From: Podarcis pityusensis | Taxonomy: Eukaryota | Assembly (NCBI GenBank): GCA_964106645.2 | Contig: OZ067040.1 | Strand: one strand, 5' to 3' | Length of the DNA: 64,000 bases | Shown here: positions 11,637-24,484 of the stretch, piece after piece | Layout: every line of letters starts with the position of its first letter | How positions within the stretch are numbered: the first letter of the stretch is position 1 | The notes under the pieces: generated by a model | The model's input: the letters and a program-made list of their open reading frames with translations, nothing else | Told to the model about the DNA's origin: nothing | The model's database searches: none | Translations under genes and position numbers: made by a program

Positions 11637-14600
11637 GAAGGGTTACTTCTATACATCTGTAGAAGGGTTACTTTGGTTACTTCTATAGTCTGCAGTTCCT
11701 CAATTTGTCAAAGTACTTTATCTAATTGTCTTTCCCATGGAGTGAGTTTCACCAGCAATTCTTCCAGGGCTGGCAATCCCTTCTGCCTTTTGGCATGGAT
11801 GCCCCACCCCTGCCTCCTCATCCTCTGGTGAACGCTGTGGCTGATGTGGGCACACACATCCCACAGCTGCCGGGGGGAGAGTACCCACAGCATGGGAAAG
11901 TTTATCCACAGCGCAGGCATGGCAAGGGTGTAACATGTCTGAGTAGGAGATGTGGTGGAGAGCAATGCACTCCTTGGGCGCCTGAGGTGCCCTCCTCATC
12001 TCGCCTCATGGGCAGGCCGGCCTTGGACTATCTTAACTGTTTAGATAGTCTGTTGGAGCCCCTGCCTTCAAAATTTTACAAAGGAAGCTATTGAATAACA
12101 TAAAATAACAGAAGCAGAAAGAGTGGCCAAAAACCAAGCATCTATTCCCTCCCCCGCAATTACTATATTCTCATGTCTGATATATTGCACACTTGCAGAA
12201 CTTGTGAACTATATAGCAAGTGTAGCCCACAGGTCATGCATGCCTATCCACCGGGGCCTCAATGAAGCCCCTGTTTTGCTAGCTGCAAAATGCCCATGCA
12301 CACGCACAGGTTGTCAAACACTTGGCAGACCACAATTAATGGCTGGTAAGCTATTTTTGGATTGGGGAGTCACACACTTTGCAGGACTGTTATAATGCTT
12401 TTCCATTGATTTAGTATATTTTCTTTGTGGAATTTAATTTTGTTAGCTATCTTGAGAATGCTAATGCAAAGGCAGGATTTTGAAAACATGAATAAATCAG
12501 ATGGCTTGCTCTGTTCCTATATAATTCTACACCATCAAACAAGCGTTCCACATTTGCGAAGGGATGTGCGATGCTATTTGCCAGATTGGTAATAGTTTAC
12601 CCAAAACATCTGAAACCATTACTGGTTCTAATGTAGAAGTGTAGGGACACTGGTCTCCTGTTTGATTTAATGACCAAACTCAGTTAATTTTTTCAATGAA
12701 TAACTTTAGAAAAACCTCTAAGCAAACACTTCATAATATATAAGGAAGGCTGACACCTCTCCTCATCTCAGAAAGATGGATACTGGCAGATGATGCAGAG
12801 AAGGCTAAATAACTTGGTGCTTCTTTGGCACTATTATTTACAAGATAATATTTCAAATGCAGAAATTGCATTTGAAAATTCATGATACTGGAATGTTTCC
12901 AGGAAAATGGATAATAGCAAATATGGTGTTGTAGCAGAAATGGAGTGTGTGTGTATAACTACAACCCAGTCCATTGCTCCGACAAGAGTCAAACCTAATA
13001 AAAAGTGCTTGTTGCTTATTTAAAAGTTTGTTTAAAAGAGTTTTACAAAAGACTCCTCCCATAATTTGGAGGCATGCTACTTTAAACCTCCTTTCTCCAT
13101 GATTCTTCCCCCCATCCTCACTTTCCACTCAATGACATACTAAATTCTGCATCTTACATATTAAATCATTTTAGGACAGTTTGATGTTGTTTGGTTTTCT
13201 GTGCTTTAGGATTCCACCTCACTCTCAACTCACAGCACCTCAGATGGGGAAAAATACTGGGACATCCAAGGAAATACTAGATCTCAGGATCCTGATCCAA
13301 TATGACCCGTGTTTCTCAGCTAGATCCCTTTACTATTAGCTACAGTAGCAAGTGAAAGCTGCCTCTCCCAGGGATCACACAGCTTGCTGATCTTTAGTAC
13401 CGCCTCCCCCCCAAAATAGCATACTTCTATAGCATGAACCTTACAGGTGATTTCAGAGAAGAGTCCAGGCCAAAATGGTTGCTGAATAGTGGAACAGCTT
13501 CATTGCACAAATAACAGTCTAAACCGCAGCATGACTCACACAGTGCCACCTATAGCTGAAGTAGCAGCATAATGGTTAACTCTACATCATGGAACCCAAG
13601 CAACCTGCTGGCATGAGGGAGATTACAAGAACCCTTGAGATTGGCAGGTGCACACACTCTTGACCCCCAGGAGCCAAGTTTTATGAAATTTTATTAAGAA
13701 GGAAGGTAAGAAGGCAAGTGCACAAAGCAGGTTTAAAATGACAGGAGTGCTGTATGCTGGCCTCGAAAGTTAAAAACAGGTTCTCAGTCTACTGATGAGT
13801 AATAGAATGTAGATGGTTAGCTCTTGGGGGATGATGAACCAAGATGGCAGGGTGGTGGTGGCACAGACCACTTTTAAGGATTCTATTCCCCATATTGGAT
13901 TGACAACTGCCATTTAGTGACCAAGTGGAGCCCACACCTGGCTGGGACTTGGGAAAGATGTTAGATACCATCTGGGGTAGAGGAAGATGGAAAGTGTTGG
14001 TGAAAATTGTCACCCAGATCTTTCCATCTCCCTGTTAATCTATAACTTGTGGACTTGGAGACATTGCAGATATTACATGCTTGGCTTGCTCAGTCTTAAT
14101 GGAGGGAAGGACTTGCCTTGCTTAGGATTAATGGAGAGCAGAAGACCAGTGCTTTTTCATCCGATGATAACCATTAACTTTATAAAGGTCAATATGGCAG
14201 CAGTTTGATCATCATACTGTTATGCTTGCTCCACTTCTCTGAGACATGAGAAGTTCCAGGAACTCTGCTTTTACCTAGCCAACTTTTCAATGGTCACCGG
14301 AAATTGTTGCTATTTCCCATATTTGGCTTTATTTTCAAATATACAGATTGAACATAGGGAAAGGCACAGCTTAAATGTCCACTGCTCCCACATCAATATC
14401 CTGTGAAAGACAGCAAGCATCCCAAAATTCTGTTCGGTCTCTGACTCAAACTGCAGTCTTTCCAGGCAGACAGGCTCAGGTTATAAAAGTCCCAGCTGAG
14501 CGAATTGAAGAGAAAGTCATGTCCTCTTTCAGGAATGTCCTAACAATTAGTTCCTATGGAGATGCGTCTCCTGCAATTTTGTGTAAAAAGCATACTACTA

Positions 14601-17559
14601 GGCCATTTTACCAGGTTTCCAGCAGTAGTATTTCTGAGTGGATCCATTATCCCAGTCCAGTACAAACCTGCAGTACACAAGAGCCTCATTAGAACAGTGT
14701 ATGGATGGTGATTATAAAGCAATGGAAGGGAGGTCAAAGAGATGGATAAATTGGCAAGAGGCAAGAGGCTCAGGTATGCAATAATTCTTTAAATGTGTGT
14801 ACACAGAATATCTGAAGCTTCTTAACCTCCACACTGAATATCAAGGGAAATCAACAAATGACAGCAACCTTTCTGGTGTTTAACCAAATTGAATGAAATA
14901 TGCAGGCACATACAGTAGATTGAAACCTATCAAGTTTCAGGCAAATAGATGCAGAGGTTTTTAATGTAAGCAAGCTTTACATTTTGAGGTGTTTTGTTTT
15001 TTTAAGGCTTGCCTATAACCTTTTGAATTTTTCAGCATAATTCAAAGAAATTTGGAGTGGGGGTGGAAGAAGGGGTTAGATATTTGTTCCTGCTCAGTTG
15101 ATGCTAGCCAACCATTTCCTTCTACATTGCATTACTGAAAGCAGAAGGGAAAAGGAGTGTCCAGGTAAAATGATCCCTTGGTTGGAAGCAGAGCTGTCAA
15201 CCATAAAATAATACCTTTCTCCCTCAACTCTCTAGTGCTTTCCTTACATAGAGAGCTTGCAGGAAAATCTATCAATTTTCACACATTTGCTGCCTGTGTC
15301 TCTGTGCCCTTCCAAATCTCTGAATTGGTCTCAAATGGGTTTCTGAACAGCCCAATTTGGCTTGGATGACTCCTGAATCTTTCTGAGGCAGCTTGCTTCA
15401 GTTCTTGGATTCACCTAGACTGAATGCACACCTCTGGCACATATAACACGCAGAGGCCATTGAAAAGAGGCATTATACTATTGGCTCATGTTCAGGTAAT
15501 TCCTATATCCTCTTTCACCTTCTGCTTCTGTGCCAGCATTTAGCCATTTAGTGATGGCATTTATACCATGCTCTGCAAAGATCAGCTGCAGAGCAGAGCG
15601 GATGAGCTGCTCCCTGCAGTCTATGTCCATATGTTCTTCTTGTCTCCTCAATCTCCCCCCACGTTTTTGCATTTGACCCCTTCTTGTTGTAACACTGTAG
15701 AATATAAGAGGAGCTATGGTAGGCCAGTCCAGATGTTCATCTGGTCTAGTAAGTGTTTTTAGTATTGTGTTAATGTGTAACACATCCTGGGACCTGAGGG
15801 AGAGGAGCAGCAATCCATCATCATCATCATAGTATTCAGTTTCCAGCTGAATACTGGTAGGGTAAGAAAACAGCAGTGCTACCCACATTCATGTCTAAGC
15901 ACATGGTATTTTGAAATATACCTTCTACTGTATTCAAATGTGTTCTGTCTTTATTTTCTTGTTATTAGCCAATATATCAATTTTATTTTTTTGTACCATT
16001 TCGATTCAGATTTGTTTTAAAAATCTGTGCTCCAAAGCACTTTGCAGTGCCACTCAATTCTGTCTCATTGCTGTTGTGTGTCTTACCTAGTCCTTAATTA
16101 GGATGAGGCAGAACACCAGAACCTGAGTGGAGCAGAGAGTTCAAGAAGTGCCACAGAGGAAACAAAGCAGATACTTTCCTCCCAGATATCATTCACTCTG
16201 TCCATCATAGGTGGTTCTTTTCTGCCAATTAGAGCAGCGAGAAACCAGTGTGGATTACAGCTTCCTATATGTATGAGCTGTAGGCATTCAGTGTTCAGAA
16301 TTACACTTGGTTGAAAAAGTATGGCTTAGGTAGCTGCTGACAGTCCAGTATCTGTTGTTGGCACCTGCTTGCCTAATTTCCATATATTTACATCCCCCCC
16401 CCTTGGGCCTTGCACGTCAAAATAAGTTTTGATAGGCTTAAACGTAAATTTACTTGATGGCACTATTTGTTAGTTTTAACAAATCCCTTGAGATGTCCTG
16501 TGCATTCCTGCAAAGCTCTGCATCGCAAACTTCTTCCTGATCCCAGTGTAAGGCTGTTTCTATTTTCAGAAGGTCCCCTTCCTGCGTCTGTTTGGCTGGC
16601 TAGAATCAAGTGCTCAGAACAGAGCATCCTTTCTGTATCCCGAACTCCTTTCTTCCTTCCCAGCTAGACAAGAAAACAAATACTGAGAGCAGCACGTGCG
16701 CAAGCGTCGGGTGCTGCTGCTGGATCTGCCTTTACGCTCGGCTGCCCAGCTCGGACGTGTTTGGATGATACCTTTATTTGCAAAGGCGAAGAGGCAGATC
16801 CAGCCTACCCACCCCCACCCCCCTCTCCGATCTGAAAGGGACATGTCTTTGGCCATCCGCTTTCCTCGCCTCCTCATTGTTGCACGCGCGTTACGTTGTT
16901 GCCAACAAAGGCGATGTGGCAAAACCACACACAAGGGGGACAAATCATCATAGCAGCCAGGAAGGAAAAGCCCGTCTTGCGATGTGTCACACATCCATGA
17001 GGGATGCTTCTGCCTGGCTTTTGCATAACCCTGATTTGCCTGCCTCTTTTTCTCCTCCTTTTCTGAAGGAGGCAGCGCTGGAGAAGCGGGGGGCGCCGAG
17101 CGGGAGGGGAAGAAGACGGAGAGCCGAGAGCGAGCGAGGGGGCGGCCGGGGGCTCTCGCTGCCCTTCTCCCACAGAACGACCTTCCCCGCGGAAGGAGCT
17201 GCTGTGGGTGCGCGGCGCCAAGAGGGGGCCGCGAGAAACCGAGGGGGTGGAGGCCCCTCACAAAAGGAGACCCCTCTGCCTGCGCGCTCCGTCAGCCTCG
17301 GCTCTCCTTCTCGCCCACCCCAGCCCGGCCGAGCGGCTCCGACTTCCTCGGCGAGCGGGTCGAAACCGCGAGGCTTTGCTGCAGGGGGGTGGGGGTGGGA
17401 GGCGAAGCGGGAAGACCGCGGCGACACCAGCCGGCGTCTTCCACAGCAGCAGCAGCAGCAGCGACCCCGCGCGCGCCTCACATCGCCACCAGCAGCCCAG
17501 CCACCCTCTCCCCCCCCCCACCTCGCTCGGTCGCGCGCGCGCCGGTCGCGCGCGTGCGC

Positions 17560-17798
17560 GAGCCCCAGGCTGAGTCCTTTCTCTCTCCGTGTCTCCCTCT
17601 CCTGCTTCTCTCTCTCTCTTTCTCCGAGCCTCCTCCATCCAGCACCGGCGCCGAGGATGGGCAGCGAGAGCGCGCGCAGGAGCAGCCCCGGCTCGGCCGC
17701 TCCCCCCTGCGCCCGCTCTTGCTCGTGCTGCTCCTCTTGCCCCACTGCCCCCAGGGCGGCGCCTCGGCTGCGCTCCCGCCTTTTCCCACCGAGGACGG
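17560..17798 (+). other. FUT9: Probable FUT9 exon 1 (5' boundary approximate)
   Basis: Donor ACGG|GTGAGT at 17798/17799 inside the CpG island. FUT9 is known to have non-coding 5' exon(s) and a single coding exon. The TSS cannot be determined from sequence. Confidence 0.65.
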
Positions 17799-17945
17799 GT
17801 GAGTGAAGGAGTGGCTCCTCCCTCGGAGCACCTGCTCTAGCCGGCGAAGGGGGTGGCGGCGGGGGGCGGGCGAGGGGTGAATTTTGGCGCGCTCTCGGTC
17901 TTCGGGGCAAGTGGTGGGCGGGCGGGCGGCTGCCTGAGGGGGACA

Positions 17946-17971
17946 AGTCAGTCAGTCAGTCAGTCAGTCAG
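17946..17971. repeat. (AGTC)n microsatellite
   Basis: About 6 units. Confidence 0.9.
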
Positions 17972-18419
17972 CGGCATTCCTGCCCCGCAGGGAAAGGGAG
18001 CAGGCTCGCCTTTGGGCAGCCCCTCATAGCTGAGGAGACCGTCTGAGGAGGGAGAGCGAGAAAGGGAGCCTGTTCTTGGGACGAGGATAGAAACAACAGC
18101 TTCCCAATCTCCTCGGGTCCAGCGCCCCAGAACCCTCCAGCGTGGTTTTTGAATAGCACGTGTCCCTCTTGGCCTCTGGGGTCACTGGGCACCCAGGAGG
18201 CATTTCCCTTCTTCCTTTCGCTCATCCTTTTTTTACCCATTTTGAGTCCTCAGCCCAGCCGAAGAGACCTTTCTCTGAGAGCTGCTCCTTTCAGAGCAGC
18301 TATTAACTTTTCCTGGTTTTTTTGGTGCTTGTTTCGAAAGAGAGAAGTGGGTGAAGAGGAGCTGTGGAGGTTTTCCCCCTCGACAGTCCCTTCGTGCCCT
18401 TGCAGGCTTCTCTCCTTTC

Positions 18420-18455
18420 CCTCCTCCTCCTCCTCCTCCTCCTCCTCCTCCTCCT
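18420..18455. repeat. (CCT)n microsatellite
   Basis: About 12 units. Source of the poly-S/P/E/G runs in the ORF track. Confidence 0.9.
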
Positions 18456-19606
18456 GCTCCTTGCCGTACAATGAAGTCTTTAAAAGAGATTCCTGCTTGC
18501 CCGCTAGCTGGCTGGGCTCGCGCCAGGACTTCTCCACGGGAGCGCTGGACCATTCCTCGCGACTGAGCAAAGAATGCCATCTATGCAGAAGAAGAGGGCA
18601 CCCTGCACACCTGGCTCCCCAGGGCTGCGGTGATGTGATTGGGGGCCATAGGTAAGCCGTTAGGATGCTCTCAGGGCGAAGGCAGGAAGGAGACGCCAAG
18701 AATGAATGGCCAAAGCACCCCACCCCTCTTCTTAGGTCTCCTTCCAGATGGGAGAATGGGGATGTTGCATTACTGAAATGCCTTTTTTCTCTTCCCCCTC
18801 CCTTTATATCGCTGTAGGCTGTGTAGTATTTTCAGACTATTTTCAGTATTTCAGTAGTGCTCTGTGGAAGGGTTGTTATGACAGCAGTTTCTCCCTCCAC
18901 TCACCTCCCCCAACACCCCATCATTACTTTATAGACAGCATCGCTGGCTACATTAGAAACATAGGTTTTTGAGCCTGTTGCTGAAGTAACTCTGCAATCT
19001 TGTAATCTTGGAAATATGAGCATACACACACACACACACCTGAGTCAGTGTTTATTGTAATAATGGTTCTGCTGAACTGAAGAAATTGGAGCATGTAGTA
19101 GTAATCCTACTATAATTCTTATTTGGGTTTTCGGTTTTCAGTGCATGTGTGTCTGTCAAATATGACAAAGGGACTTTTCTTCGTTTATACTGCAGCAGCA
19201 TAGATTTTGGATTATAGGACGGAATGCTTTAAAAGCACACACACACCACATTCACACACAGTAAGTTTCACAGGCGCAGTGAAATGTCTTTTTGAATACT
19301 GGTATCTACCTAGAAACCAAGGTTGTAGCACTTGATTTGTGAACCTGCACTTGATTTGTGAGCATTGACAGTAACTTTTGAGAGCTCCTGGATTGCTGAA
19401 AACTAGGTAGTAATTGCTAATAGTTGAAACGTTGTTGGTAGTTCAGAACTATCAGTTCCATGGGTTTTTATGGCAATGAGTCAGTCTGTCATTACTAGTA
19501 ATGGTTATGTCATGGAGGGTTTGTTTTTCTATCACCATATTAAGCTGTAGCTCAAAAGCTACTGCTCTGATTTCTCTTCCCCAAAAAATTATTTTCAGAA
19601 AAAATA

Positions 19607-19723
19607 TAGCATTTGTATATATATGCATACAATGGTGTCACATGTGAAAAAAGAGAGAAGTGGTTCCTTGTTCTCTCTTTTTTCACACGTGACACCATTG
19701 TATGCATATATATACAAATGCTA
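19607..19723. repeat. 53-bp inverted repeat with 11-nt loop
   Basis: 19607-19659 is the reverse complement of 19671-19723 with one mismatch (19642/19688). Confidence 0.95.
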
Positions 19724-22277
19724 CATTTGTGGTTCCTTGTTTCATCTTAACCTTCACTTCCCCCCACCCTTTTAAGGTAAGCATTATTTCATTAGCCACA
19801 TGTGGAGGGTTGTAACTTAAACATAGAATTCTCCCTCCCCCTCGTTTTAAAGGCTTTTGCATTTGTACCACTTCAGCCTAGACCTCTGAGAAGTTTACCT
19901 CCATATATTTAGAAACCTTTGTTCTATGGAGAATAGGAAAGGACTACAGTACAATAAAATAACTAGAGGAAGAAATAGAATGGAAAATGCAACACAGTGC
20001 CTTTGTTTGCAAAAATAAAATAAGTGTCTAATATGTTCAGCATAATATAGGGAATGAAAAATTAAGTAGAATAATTGCTATGTACTAGTAATAAAGGGAA
20101 TAAAATAAGAAATAATTGCATCTATAGACAAAGAAGAATTCTGCAGACTTGCCTTAGTACAAACACTGGTTAGATAAAGTAATTTATTAAGAAATTGGAA
20201 TTAATTGGAACATTTATTATTGGATTGTACATTACATTAAAGCAAATATCAGCTGGATCTTTTATCCCTTAAACTGAACCAACATCATGAACAGGCACCA
20301 TGATCCATGTAGCAGCAGTTGCTTCAGATACCTTACAGTTTGACATAAGCCTGTTGCTGCTGGTTCAATAAAACTCTGATGACGGTGCTTAGTTAGGAAA
20401 ACTCCAGGCACTGAACCCAATCTAGAGATCCTCTGTGTGTGACAGGTGGCTGCATGCCTGCATGCTGTTGTGCACAAGGGCTCTCCATTTGCCCCCACCA
20501 TACATATAGTTAGCTCCATTGGCGTGAGACTAAGGCAGGACTAGGGGAAACAATTTTAATTCATTGATCCCACTTCTTCAAGCAAATGCCAGCCAACCTA
20601 CTGTTAAGAGATTAACATACGCAGGCTTAATTCTGCAAAGATCACTGATATGACGAAACAGCCTTGGATGCTGAATAGAAAGGTTTAGCCCCCATCCACA
20701 AGCACATTTTAGGTATATGAGATGCACTCATTATGGTGACCTGCACCCAGATTGGTTTTGCCAAATCAGCATGAAATTCTAGTATGCCATCTACACCTGG
20801 GGAATATCTGCACCAGAATAATCACTGACGGGGTAAAGGTGAATTTTAGCATAGACTGAATTTAGAATAATACTTCAACACAGGTATATGGAAGATGCTT
20901 GGGGCTTATTGACTTTTAAGAAGGATTGGGCTGGCAATTCATACTTCTGTGTGTGTTCTTTATTTATATACCTTGGATTTTGATTTATTAAAACAAAATG
21001 TCAAAGTTCAACAGTATATGCTTATCTCGCTTTGTCTTTGTAACATCTCTGTCAAGGTAAGAAGTTAAGTCGTCCAAGGCCAATGGCTGAGCATTATGGC
21101 TGAGTGGATGGCTGAAGTAGTGGGGGGGGGGGTGTTCAATCATCTCACTGGTTTATAAATGTGTATGACTAAATTGGTTAATTTTACCTGCAAGGGGGTG
21201 GGGAGGAAGAAATATGCTGGATAAAAGAGATTTCCACTACTAATGCTCTTAAATGATAGTTTCATATATCTGAAATATCTGAATTATATTATTTCATGAA
21301 ATAATATTTTAAGTACAGGGGGTTATATAGCAAAATGTATATTTAAAATAATACTATGAGAATTTACTGTGTTTTAAAAAACTAGAATGCAGCTGAGTCC
21401 AAATGTTGATTTGGGGGTGGGTGTGTTTTGGAAAATGCAACTGAATTCTAATCTGTGATTCTGTGTTAATCATATGCAATCAGTTGGTTGGAACAACTGA
21501 AGAAGATATTATATTGGAAACATTATTGAAAACATTAAAATGGTGTGATACAGGTAAAGATATAAACTTCTGTAATGAATTAGAGAACAGTGGCTGAAAT
21601 TCTTCACTGAAGAAGAGGCAATGGAAAGAAAAAGTCCTTTCGAGGTTCCAAGGGCATGAAAAGTATTAATGTGATAACCAGAACAGACAACAATAAAGAA
21701 TATAATGAAAATAACAATACTGTAATACTATATAATATTTGGAACTTTCAAGTGTTTAAGGCTCTTAGGTTTTGTTTCAGCAAACATGCATATATATTTT
21801 TTCTACTTAAATCATAAACCTTAAACATTTATATCACATTAAGTATCTCTTTCAAAATAACCAATTTCAAATGACTTGGGATTTAATAGAATGGGTGACA
21901 GCCAACATTGTGCCCAATACAATTGGATTTTCCCTTCCTCTCTTGCTCTCTGCAGCCCCCCTGCACACTCCCCAAATCTGCTTGGGACTGTTTGTGGGGA
22001 CCCCTGAAACACATATGGGGGACACATGAGGGATTACAGGGAGGGGAAAGTGTAGGGGAAGTCATGTTGCACAATTCATTACACAATCAGGTGGACATCA
22101 CTTACGGTACTTATAATGGAGCTGGTTTGGGGTTTTGTGGCCAATGATGTCCCTGTATATGCAAAGTGCATATATCCCCTGTATGAGAGGCATTGATTCA
22201 ACCTGTTAAATAAGGGAGACTTTGTAAGCTAGGACACTGAATCCCCCATGTTTCAGGACAGAATTTATGGGATATGG

Positions 22278-22426
22278 CAGTGGTGTCCAAACTTTTTTCA
22301 AAATTGTTGCAGAAGTTGCTGGAGTTTTTTTAGGATTTTACCCCAGGAAATAAGCTACCAAAGAGGCTGGATTAAACTGACCGGCAGGCTGGATTAGGCC
22401 CCCAAAATAGACTTTGGACATGCCTG
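22278..22426. mobile_element. hAT-type MITE
   Basis: Perfect 8-bp TSD GGATATGG (22270-22277, 22427-22434). Imperfect TIRs CAGTGGTGTCCAAA / TTTGGACATGCCTG. Confidence 0.85.
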
Positions 22427-22602
22427 GGATATGGAGACCCTCCATGGTCATGTGTTAAGAGTGCTTGGGAGTTCCATCTCTTTTCTTTGGGTGCTTAAGG
22501 AAGAAATGCAGACATAATGCTCTGGGGCATGGTCTCCCCCTCCCTGCTCAGTCCATTATCCCAATCTTACAAATGTACCCTACATTTTCCATAAAGGTTA
22601 CA

Positions 22603-23010
22603 CCCTTCCTTTCCCCCTAAATATAAAACCGCAGAACAGTTGAGAAATCCTAAAACACTTGACAACACTTTTACAACTGTACAATAAAAACTGCAACTAA
22701 AATAATAAAACTAAACAAATAAAGCAATGGAATAAAACTGGAAAATTCACCTATGATTCAGAAGAACAGATTCCTTCATATAACATAATCCTGCAAATAG
22801 CTTGGAGCATGATGTCTGGTCCTTGCTTGGTAGCACTGACCATCGAGTGCTGGATTTGATGCAGCAGGGGTGGTGAGCAGGATGACATTGTCCCTTTCTA
22901 TTAAGTTATCATATTCGGGTCTTTCAGTGGCAGTGAAACGTGGTTTGATGTGAGATACATTTCTTGTGACTTTGCAGATTCCTGTCTGTGCAGTTTCCAT
23001 TGTGTTCATG
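22603..23010 (-). mobile_element. Gypsy-like remnant: pol C-terminus, 3' UTR and polypurine tract
   Basis: Minus ORF ends ...KVTRNVSHIK...YQARTRHHAPSYLQDYVI*, typical of Gypsy pol/integrase tails. PPT AGGGGGAAAGGAAGGG (22618-22603) is followed directly by TG (TGTAACC), the expected 3' LTR start. Confidence 0.6.
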
Positions 23011-23034
23011 TAGAGTAGCTTCTTTCACTAAGAG

Positions 23035-23307
23035 CATTGGGCAGGCACCTTCAGTGTACTCCTTTCGACACTTGCTAAAAATGTTTTTGTTTTGGCAAGC
23101 CTATACAAACATGTAGATTGTGGACATGTGTTTCAATCTGGCTTTTAGTTTATTGCTGATTTTAATTGTTTTTGAGTGTTTTACATAGTTGGATTTTTTT
23201 GCTGCTATTTCTGTTATTTTATTCTATTTGTAAACCGTTTTGGGGTTTTACTGCAATCACTTTGTATATAAAACCTGCTAAATAAATAAATAAATAAATA
23301 AATAAAT
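23035..23307 (+). mobile_element. L2-like LINE 3' end with (TAAA)n tail
   Basis: ORF2-end-like tcctttcgacacttgctaaaaatgtttttgttttggcaagcctat, then a T-rich 3'UTR and a (TAAA)7 tail. Confidence 0.55.
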
Positions 23308-23461
23308 CCATAGCCGAGACCCACTTCCCATTCTTATAGGCATGGTGTAGCCCTGTGCTATCATAACTGAGCTGTTTTGCTTTGCTGGACTTATATAGTC
23401 CTGGTATTTTGTCAGGATTATTTGATTAGTTATTTGGAATCCTCTTTTCTCATGTAAACAA

Positions 23462-23828
23462 GGGACGCGGGTGGCGCTGTGGGTAAAACCTCAGCGCCTA
23501 GGGCTTGCCGATCGCATGGTCGGCGGTTCGAATCCCCGCGGCGGGGTGAGCTCCCGTCTTTCGGTCCCAGCTCCTGCCCACCTAGCAGTTCGAAAGCACC
23601 CCTAAAGTGCAAGTAGATAAATAGGTACCGCTTTATAGCGGGAAGGTAAACAGCGTTTCCGTGTGCTGCGCTGGTGCTGGCTCGCCAGAGCAGCTTCGTC
23701 ACGCTGGCCACGTGACCCGGAAGTGTCTCCAGACAGCGCTGGCCCCCGGCCTCTTAAGTGAGATGGGCGCACAACCCTAAAGTCGGACACGACTGGCCCG
23801 TACGGGCAGGGGTACCTTTACCTTTACC
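23462..23828 (+). mobile_element. Sauria SINE, full length, young
   Basis: tRNA-like head with B box GGTTCGAATCC. (ACCTTT)n tail. ~16-bp TSD TTTCTC(A/G)TGTAAACAA. CpGs retained. Confidence 0.9.
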
Positions 23829-24484
23829 TTTCTCGTGTAAACAAGAAAGCAAAGTGTTGAGAGCTGATGATGGAGACATTCACATTGGTTTCACCATTGG
23901 TTTCGGTGGGAGTGTTTTAATTTAGCCCAAATTTGCTGTTGGTTTGTCACATTATGTTGTAATTGAGGAGAGTATAAGATCAAAAAGGTTTGGCATCTCC
24001 CTTGCCACTACTCCCCAACTCCAACCATTTTTGTTTCTTATTCTGGCAATGTACTATAAGCAATTACAGTGGCATTGCATAAAGCCTGCACAATGACAAT
24101 GTTATGACAGTATTAATCGACTACATCATGCACAGACATAAGGGATCTAGGAGCAATATTATCCATGTCCATTAGGAATTACTCATGAATACTATTGTCC
24201 TTGACTTATGCTTGATGATTTAATAATTCCATCCTGCAACACCTTCATTCTAAACAAACTTTTTTGAAAGTAAGTTGCCCTGAAATCACTGGGGATTATT
24301 TCAGCTGATTGTTAAATAAATGGATAATCTTACTACAGTGAGTAAATGAAGACACCATTGCAGCATTTTAAAATTATTATTATTGCATAGGCTAAGTAAG
24401 ATGGTGAGGCCCATCATGAATTGTATGAATTCAAAGAGGTCTTGGTGGAAATCACAAATTTGGTATGTACTCTTACCAAGGTCA

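Larger units (their letters stand above)
16690..18060 (+). promoter_or_regulatory. FUT9: CpG island, probable FUT9 promoter
   Basis: Abrupt rise in GC and CpG density (core ~17070-17940) in an otherwise CpG-depleted window. GC boxes present. It is the only such island upstream of the FUT9 coding exon and contains a consensus donor site. Confidence 0.85.

Noticed and set aside
13790-14780. Possible decayed LINE reverse-transcriptase region on the - strand
   Set aside because: Only a faint LPLLYN-like resemblance and no YADD motif recoverable. Needs a translated repeat search.
16614-17946. Long overlapping ORFs (342, 319, 215 aa) on both strands
   Set aside because: Low-complexity R/P/G/A translations expected from a stop-poor CpG island, with no recognisable domain. 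Only the ATG at 17657 is retained as a hypothesis.
18149-18723. ORFs with poly-Ser/Pro/Glu/Gly
   Set aside because: Produced by the (CCT)n microsatellite.
23462-23540. tRNA gene suggested by the B box GGTTCGAATCC
   Set aside because: It is the tRNA-derived head of a Sauria SINE with body, tail and TSD.
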